DNA of 64,000 nt from Pseudomonadota bacterium (GTDB lineage: Bacteria > Pseudomonadota > Gammaproteobacteria > Burkholderiales > Burkholderiaceae_E), in NCBI GenBank assembly GCA_041175665.1, contig JBEDEM010000003.1, forward strand, positions 5,581 to 69,580, written 5' to 3'. The translations under genes were made by a program, and so were the position numbers. Shown here in pieces: positions 58,436-64,000 of this stretch; within the stretch, counting starts at the first letter, position 1, and every line of letters starts with the position of its first letter. The notes below the pieces were generated by a model, which saw only the letters and a program-made list of their open reading frames with translations, was not told the origin of the DNA and did no database searches.

Positions 58436-59468
58436 ATGAAACCCTCGATGATCCAAAAGCTTGAACAGCATGCGCAACGCCTTGAAGACGTTAACCGCCT
58501 GTTATCGAGCGATCAGCTTTTAAAAGACCCCAAGGCACTGCGTCAATACCACCGTGAGCACGCCGAACTCACTCAGTTGATGGAACATTTTCAGGCCTGG
58601 CAGCAAGCCAATGAGGATTTACTTGCCGCGCGCGAGATGATTCAAGACCCCGAACTCGGCGAATGGGCAAAAGAAGAAGAAAGCCAGGCCTCGCAGCACA
58701 TGGAGCAAGAAGTGAAGCTCCTCGAAACCTTGATGCTTCCGAAAGATCCCAACGATCATCGCAACGTGTTGCTGGAAATTCGGGCAGGCACGGGTGGTGA
58801 CGAGTCGGCTCTTTTTGCCGGCGACATGCTCAGGATGTACTTGCGCTATGCCGAGCGCAAAGGCTGGCGCAGCGAACTGCTCTCGGCGAGTGAATCCGAG
58901 CTCGGAGGCTACAAGGAGGTGGTTGTACGGCTGCGTACAGCGCATTCCTGTCACCGAGTCGCAAGGGCGTATTCATACCTCAGCTTGCACGGTTGCGGTC
59001 TTATCCGAAGGCGATGATATCGGCGATATCGTCATCGATCCGGGTGAATTACGCATCGACGTCTTTCGCGCCTCGGGTGCGGGCGGGCAGCATGTGAACA
59101 AGACCGAATCAGCGGTGCGAATCACCCATTTGCCAACCGGCATCGTTGCTGAATGCCAAGACGACCGTAGCCAACACCGAAACCGGGACAAAGCGATGCA
59201 AGTGCTCATCGCAAGGATTCGCGATCAGCGAGACCGTGAAGCCCAGGCCAAAGAGTCTGCGCATCGAAAAAGCCTGATCGGTTCGGGTGATCGATCAGAA
59301 CGTATTCGCACCTATAACTTTCCTCAAGGCCGAATCACCGACCACAGAATCAACCTCACGCTTTACCGCATCGCGCCGATGATGGATGGCGATATTGATG
59401 AATTACTCGACGCACTCGCTTCGGCCCATCAAGCTGACTTACTTGCCAGCCTTGGCGAAAGTTCATGA
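58436..59468 (+). pseudogene. prfA: Peptide chain release factor 1, disrupted (internal deletion of about 50 nt plus frame change)
   Basis: Frame A (58436-58933) encodes RF1 residues 1-166 up to [10 protein letters not shown]. Frame A+1 (58935-59468) encodes [18 protein letters not shown]...[15 protein letters not shown]...[18 protein letters not shown]. The conserved block of about 17 aa (..LKFESG.HR) between them is absent from all frames. Confidence 0.8.
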
Positions 59469-59484
59469 CAAGGCTCACTCGTCG

Positions 59485-60399
59485 ATGTCCATGATACCTA
59501 GCCTGGCCCATGCGCTTCGCTTACAAACCGAAGCGCCGGTTAGCCGGCTTGAGCGCCTCATGTTGCTTGAGATGCTTCTTGGAAAGCCAAGAGAGTACTT
59601 GTTGGCACATGATGATGAACTGCTCAGTGAGAAGCAGTTTGACGCTTTTACGATGCTCTTAGGCTTGCGTTCGCAAGGACATCCGATGGCCTATTTGGTC
59701 GGTAAGCGAGAGTTTTTTGGCTTGAGCTTTGCGGTCAACCAAGAGGTCTTAATACCGAGGCCCGAGACCGAATGGCTAGTCCATGCGGCTATTCGCTTAT
59801 TGCCCAGGCATGGTACTGCCCTTGATCTTGGCACCGGTAGCGGCGCCATCGCCATTGCGCTTGCCCATCACCGTCCCGATGCACGCTTGATGGCTTGTGA
59901 TATCAATCCCAAAGCACTCGAACTTGCCAGTCGCAACGCGCAACATCTGCTCGGGCCTGACCAGCAAATTCGATTTCAGCGCAGCGACTGGTGGGAAGCC
60001 GTCCCCTTGGAAAGTCTGTCGCTGGTACTCAGCAATCCCCCCTATTTATCGATGGATGACCCGCATTTGAAGCTGGGTGATCTTCGTTTTGAACCACGCC
60101 TTGCCTTGAGCGACGAAGGCAACGGGCTTGGAGCGATCCAAAAAATCATCGAGGGCTTTGTGCAACGGGCTGCTATGGGCCTCATCGAAGACCCTGGCCT
60201 CTTGCTGATTGAACATGGCTATCAGCAAGCCGAGGCGATTAGGTCATTAGGCGAGCGTCAAGGCCTTTACCATGTATACAGCGCGAGCGATCTGGCGGGT
60301 CATCCGAGGGTTTGTTGCTTTGCCTTAAGACCTTCCAGGCCCGGCCTGCTCCATCAACTAAAAGACGCGTGTTTGACGTGGTCTTCAGGAACTGCCTAG
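59485..60399 (+). CDS. prmC: Release-factor glutamine N5-methyltransferase
   Basis: ALDLGTGSGAIA SAM motif and NPPY catalytic motif (LVLSNPPYL). Immediately downstream of prfA. TAG stop. Confidence 0.9.
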   Translation: MSMIPSLAHALRLQTEAPVSRLERLMLLEMLLGKPREYLLAHDDELLSEKQFDAFTMLLGLRSQGHPMAYLVGKREFFGLSFAVNQEVLIPRPETEWLVHAAIRLLPRHGTALDLGTGSGAIAIALAHHRPDARLMACDINPKALELASRNAQHLLGPDQQIRFQRSDWWEAVPLESLSLVLSNPPYLSMDDPHLKLGDLRFEPRLALSDEGNGLGAIQKIIEGFVQRAAMGLIEDPGLLLIEHGYQQAEAIRSLGERQGLYHVYSASDLAGHPRVCCFALRPSRPGLLHQLKDACLTWSSGTA

Positions 60400-60430
60400 A
60401 ATCAAAGCCATTCGAATACAGGATCAGCCC

Positions 60431-60742
60431 ATGGAAGCCAAAGATTTCATCGCCAAAACCGTTGCAGACAATCCCTATGTCTTGTTCATGAAAGGAACAG
60501 CCCAGTTCCCTCAATGCGGATTTTCGGGGCGTGCCATTCAAATCTTAAAAACTGTCGGGGTCAAAAACCTTGTCACAGTGAATGTGCTTGAAGACGATGA
60601 CGTCAGACAGGCCGTGAAAGAATTCGCCAACTGGCCCACGATCCCACAGCTCTATATCAACGGCGAGTTTGTGGGTGGATCTGACATCATGCAGGAAATG
60701 TTTCAATCGGGTGAGTTACAAAAAATGGTCGAAGCTCAGTAG
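60431..60742 (+). CDS. grxD: Monothiol (Grx4-type) glutaredoxin
   Basis: CGFS active site (FPQCGFSGRA), WPTIPQLYINGEFVGGSDI; 103 aa; TAG stop. Confidence 0.92.
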   Translation: MEAKDFIAKTVADNPYVLFMKGTAQFPQCGFSGRAIQILKTVGVKNLVTVNVLEDDDVRQAVKEFANWPTIPQLYINGEFVGGSDIMQEMFQSGELQKMVEAQ

Positions 60743-60826
60743 CCCATAGCGTGGCCCTGAGTAGCCCATAGCGTGGCCCTGAGTAGCCCACAGGCTGCCC
60801 CTCAGTAGCCCACAGCCTGACCATCG
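60739..60826. repeat. 22-bp direct tandem array, 4 copies (2 identical, 2 diverged), spanning the grxD stop and the ggt stop
   Basis: Four units: gtagcccatagcgtggccctga (60739-60760), the same sequence at 60761-60782, gtagcccacaggctgcccctca (60783-60804), and gtagcccacagcctgaccatcg (60805-60826). The last unit is the coding 3' end of ggt. Confidence 0.9.
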
Positions 60827-62361
60827 CGGCGGTGATCCGAGCCACTTCGATACCCGTCCGCAAGCGTTTCACCCATGCGCCCAATCGCTTGGGCGCTCCC
60901 AAAGTCGGTCGAGTCAGCCGGCATAACAAGCAGGTCGTGGCCTTTCGCCTTTAAGTCCGCAACAACCTGCGCAGGCAGGGCCGCTTCAACCGTGAGCCTG
61001 CCCTCATCGTTGATGCGCCAACGCGGGCAGTCAGAGGCCTCTTGGGGACTTAAGGCATCGTCAACAACTGACATGGCAAGCTGTAAGTGCCCTTGAGCCT
61101 GCATATTGCCTCCCATCACACCATAGGCCATGGTGGGTTGGCCGTTTTTGGTCAAGAAGGCAGGAATAATCGTGTGGAAGGGTCGCTTTCTCGGTGCAAC
61201 GATATTGGGGTGGCCTTCTTCCAGGGAAAACCCCCAGCCACGGTTTTGAAGTGCGATACCGCCAGGCGCAACAACACCTGATCCGAACCCTTTGAAATTG
61301 GACTGGATAAAGGACACCATATTGCCCTCTTGATCGGCGGCGCATAAGTAAACCGTGCCCCCGTGATGAAGCTTTCCTGGCGGGTAGCTTGCAGCCTTTG
61401 CAGGGTCGATAAGGCTTGCTCGCTCAGCAAGATAGTCCTTGTTGAGCAGCGCATCCGGCGATGTTTTCATGGAGGCCGGGTCTGCGACATGCGCCTGTAG
61501 ATCGGCAAAAGCGAGTTTCATGGCTTCCACTTGTAAGTGGATTCGCTGGGCCGAAAGGCTGGGGTGTTGAGAAGCATTGAGATGCTCGAGCATGCCAAGC
61601 GCCATTTGCGCACCAATGCCTTGACCATTGGGTGGTATTTCATAGAGCCGGTGGTCTTTGTAATCAAAACCAAGCGGCTCGACCCAGTCGCATTCATGAG
61701 CCGCAAGATCGTCCTCAGTGATATCGCCCCCACTCGCTCGCGCAAAAGCTGCAATCGAGGCGGCTATATCGCCGCGATAAAAGGATTCACCGTCGGTTTG
61801 TGCAATGCTCTCAAGCGTTTTTGCCTGCTCGGGATAACGCCAGATCTCGCCCTGTACAGGAGCCCTTCCCCCATGGGTAAACGAGTCGATAAAGCCTGGA
61901 TATGACTTGAGCACCGGCACCGCTTCAGCCCAGTGCCTAGCAATCACACGTGTGACCGCATAACCATCTCGGGCATAGCGAATCGCTGACTCAAAGAGAT
62001 CGGTAAAAGGCAGCCTGCCAAAGCGCTTGGACAGTGCAACCCAGGATGAGACGACGCCCGGCACAGTGACCGAGCCCCAGCCACGGTCAGGCATGGTTTT
62101 TCGTCCTGCAAAGTGGGCTGGCGTCCAGGCCGCCGGAGCGCGTCCGGATGCATTGAGTCCGTGGAGCTTACCTTCGTGCCACACCAGCGCGAATGCGTCA
62201 CCACCAAGGCCATTCATGGTGGGTTCGACCACTGTCAGCGTGATAGCGCAAGCAAGTGCTGCGTCGACCGCGTTGCCGCCCTTTGCAAGGGCCTGTAGAC
62301 CTGCTTGGGCTGCCAATGGCTGCGATGTCGCAACGATATTTCGGGCATAAACTGGATTCAT
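60802..62361 (-). CDS. ggt: Gamma-glutamyltransferase family protein (no obvious signal peptide)
   Basis: ATSQPLAAQAGLQALAKGGNAVDAA, GLGGDAF, nucleophile region HHGGTVYLCAAD, GSDHRRDG. ATG at 62361 preferred over the ORF-track start at 62475, which overlaps ubiX. Confidence 0.85.
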   Translation of the reverse strand: MNPVYARNIVATSQPLAAQAGLQALAKGGNAVDAALACAITLTVVEPTMNGLGGDAFALVWHEGKLHGLNASGRAPAAWTPAHFAGRKTMPDRGWGSVTVPGVVSSWVALSKRFGRLPFTDLFESAIRYARDGYAVTRVIARHWAEAVPVLKSYPGFIDSFTHGGRAPVQGEIWRYPEQAKTLESIAQTDGESFYRGDIAASIAAFARASGGDITEDDLAAHECDWVEPLGFDYKDHRLYEIPPNGQGIGAQMALGMLEHLNASQHPSLSAQRIHLQVEAMKLAFADLQAHVADPASMKTSPDALLNKDYLAERASLIDPAKAASYPPGKLHHGGTVYLCAADQEGNMVSFIQSNFKGFGSGVVAPGGIALQNRGWGFSLEEGHPNIVAPRKRPFHTIIPAFLTKNGQPTMAYGVMGGNMQAQGHLQLAMSVVDDALSPQEASDCPRWRINDEGRLTVEAALPAQVVADLKAKGHDLLVMPADSTDFGSAQAIGRMGETLADGYRSGSDHRRDGQAVGY

Positions 62362-62428
62362 GGGCGAAGAAATTCCTAATACGGGCAAGGGCTGATGACC
62401 AATGCTACCAAGCCAGTAGAATCGTGAA

Positions 62429-63016
62429 ATGAGCAAACGCATCGTTGTCGCAATTTCAGGAGCCAGTGGCGCCATTTATGGACTGCGACTGCTTCAAATG
62501 CTGCATCAGCAGCAGGTGCACTGCGACCTGATTGTGTCACCCTCTGGATGGCTCACCATTGATCAAGAGCTCCCTGGCCAACGTCAGGCTATTCTTGATC
62601 TTGCCGCCGAGCATCACGCGTTCCGTAATATCGGTGCTTCAATCGCATCGGGTTCCTTCGCCCATGATGGGATGGTGATTGCGCCTTGTTCCATGAAAAC
62701 CCTGGCAGCCATTGCGCATGGCTTCGCAGACAACCTGATGACCAGGGCTGCCGACGTCACCCTCAAGGAGCGTCGCCGCCTGATCCTTTTGGCGAGAGAA
62801 ACCCCGCTACACCTCGTGCACTTGCGAAATATGGCAACGGTCACAGAAATGGGCGGGATTGTTTTTCCGCCGCTACCCGCCTTTTATCACCGGCCCGAAA
62901 GCATCGATGATCTTGTCAGCCATAGTTGTGCCCATGTGATGGAATTGCTGGGCTTAAGCCCCACTGACAGACCGCGATGGCAAGGACTAAACAATCAAGG
63001 CCAAGATTCTTCTTAG
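62429..63016 (+). CDS. ubiX: Flavin prenyltransferase UbiX
   Basis: RIVVAISGASGAIYGLRLL, APCSMKTLAAIAHG, LILLARETPL; 195 aa; TAG stop. Confidence 0.92.
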   Translation: MSKRIVVAISGASGAIYGLRLLQMLHQQQVHCDLIVSPSGWLTIDQELPGQRQAILDLAAEHHAFRNIGASIASGSFAHDGMVIAPCSMKTLAAIAHGFADNLMTRAADVTLKERRRLILLARETPLHLVHLRNMATVTEMGGIVFPPLPAFYHRPESIDDLVSHSCAHVMELLGLSPTDRPRWQGLNNQGQDSS

Positions 63017-63082
63017 CCTGTCGCAACACGAAAGCTGCACAGCAAAGACAGTTCCGCATCACATACAAAAAGGGAGTTCACG

Positions 63083-63505
63083 ATGAAAATCCTCGCACCA
63101 GTTGATGGTTCAAAGACCTCGTTAAAGGCAATCAAGCATGCCTGTAGCCTGCTCGCTGCGGCACCTCAGTTTTCGGTTACTTTGATGAGCGTGCATGACG
63201 ACATCGCCCTCAAACATGCCCGCACGATTGTTGGTTCGAAGGCTGTCGATAGCTACTTACGCGAACTCTCTGACAAGGATTTGGCGGGAGCCCGAAAATT
63301 GCTCGACAAAGCAGGCGTTGAGCACGAGCTGGTGATCCGCACAGGCCATGTGGCTCAAGAAATTGTCGACCAAGCCGATCAAGGCAAATTTGATCTTATT
63401 GTGATGGGACATAAAGGCCGCAGTGCATTGCGCGATCTGTTGATCGGGTCGGTTGCGCAAAGGGTCTTGGCTCTGGCAAAAACGCCAGTATTGCTCGTGA
63501 AGTAA
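63083..63505 (+). CDS. Universal stress protein (UspA family)
   Basis: MKILAPVDGS, DLIVMGHKGRSALRDLLIGSVAQRVL, PVLLVK. Confidence 0.88.
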   Translation: MKILAPVDGSKTSLKAIKHACSLLAAAPQFSVTLMSVHDDIALKHARTIVGSKAVDSYLRELSDKDLAGARKLLDKAGVEHELVIRTGHVAQEIVDQADQGKFDLIVMGHKGRSALRDLLIGSVAQRVLALAKTPVLLVK

Positions 63506-63514
63506 ACAAAGATT

Positions 63515-63590
63515 TGGTGCCCCCGGCAGGATTTGAACCCGCGACCTTCGGTTTACAAAACCGCTGCTCTACCAACTGAGCTACAAGGGC
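63515..63590 (-). tRNA. tRNA-Thr (anticodon UGU)
   Basis: The reverse complement GCCCTTGTAGCTCAGTTGGTAGAGCAGCGGTTTTGTAAACCGAAGGTCGCGGGTTCAAATCCTGCCGGGGGCACCA folds as a 76-nt cloverleaf. Anticodon loop TTTGTAA; encoded CCA. Confidence 0.9.
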
Positions 63591-63605
63591 AAATGAGATA
63601 AACCG

Positions 63606-64000
63606 CTACTTTACACGGGTTAGCTTGGGTCGTGGTTTTGACCCAGATCGGGCCCCCCCGCGTGTACGAGCCGACGCCGTACTCTCATCACTTGATGGTT
63701 CACCATCTTGAAGGCTATGTTTTTCGACTGAACTCAAGCTTGGGCCCGGATCTTTGCGCTCATCTTCCGAAGTCTTGCTTACTGAGCCAAGCTTTTGCGT
63801 CGGTTGGTCGACCGGCTTTGTGTTTTGACGTCGCTGCCCAACACTGCGCATGCGCTTGGCGGACTCGGTTTTGCTCGCAGACTTCGAGGCCTCGTCGACC
63901 TCTGCTGACGGCTGGCTTGATGCAAGAGCAAGTGCCGGCGCTTGCGTGCTGGCATCTGCAGCAGTGCCTTGCGATGACCTGCTTGATGGCTGAGCCTGAG
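63606..64000 (-). CDS. 3' end of a gene encoding a low-complexity Ser/Ala/Lys/Arg-rich C-terminal tail; continues beyond the window
   Basis: The frame is open from the window edge (codons from 63998) to the TAA at 63606. The composition is biased (..SKSASKTESAKRMRS..RGGARSGSKPRPK) and the identity is unknown. Confidence 0.4.
   Translation of the reverse strand, partial: QAQPSSRSSQGTAADASTQAPALALASSQPSAEVDEASKSASKTESAKRMRSVGQRRQNTKPVDQPTQKLGSVSKTSEDERKDPGPSLSSVEKHSLQDGEPSSDESTASARTRGGARSGSKPRPKLTRVK

Noticed and set aside
58794-59017. Programmed +1 ribosomal frameshift in prfA, by analogy with prfB
   Set aside because: The known programmed shift is in RF2, at about codon 26, and uses an in-frame UGA with an upstream SD-like element. 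Here the frame change is at codon 166 with no slippery or stop context. About 17 conserved residues are also physically missing, so frameshifting would not restore a normal RF1.

Overview
This is a gene-dense 64-kb chromosomal segment. Its content and synteny look betaproteobacterial (Burkholderiales-like), an inference from gene families only: a Bug/TctC binding protein, several CaiB/BaiF CoA-transferases, rpe-gph-trpEGDC, ubiE-Tim44-ubiJ and hemA-prfA-prmC-grxD. I can support about 62 protein-coding genes, two tRNAs (Phe-GAA, Thr-UGU), one TPP (THI-box) riboswitch and several short tandem duplications. No transposase, integrase, CRISPR array or rRNA was seen. Most of the window is housekeeping or catabolic: tryptophan biosynthesis, ubiquinone genes, ilvA, hemA, peptidases and a CoA-dependent organic-acid cluster. 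Six things deserve a second look. (1) prfA (RF1) is split over two frames by a roughly 50-nt internal deletion, yet at least 14 genes in the window end in TAG. (2) A clear TPP riboswitch precedes a TonB-dependent receptor, directly downstream of a PnuC-family transporter and a NadR-type P-loop kinase, suggesting a thiamine-salvage locus with a non-canonical kinase. (3) Two tandem paralogous polytopic membrane proteins, a small winged-helix regulator and a Cys-containing mini-ORF lie just after tRNA-Phe. They are preceded by six short orphan ORFs. (4) A long-form folE is followed 4 nt later by a stand-alone BLUF photoreceptor gene. (5) Short tandem duplications recur, three of them at gene 3' ends (rpe, a CaiB-family gene, and ggt with a 22-bp x4 array that also touches the grxD stop) and one perfect 27-bp in-frame duplication inside the M61 peptidase. 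(6) ubiJ and an AI-2E transporter gene overlap convergently by 134 bp, at the point where ubiB would be expected. All functional calls come from motif and family recognition by eye. No HMM, BLAST or covariance search was run.
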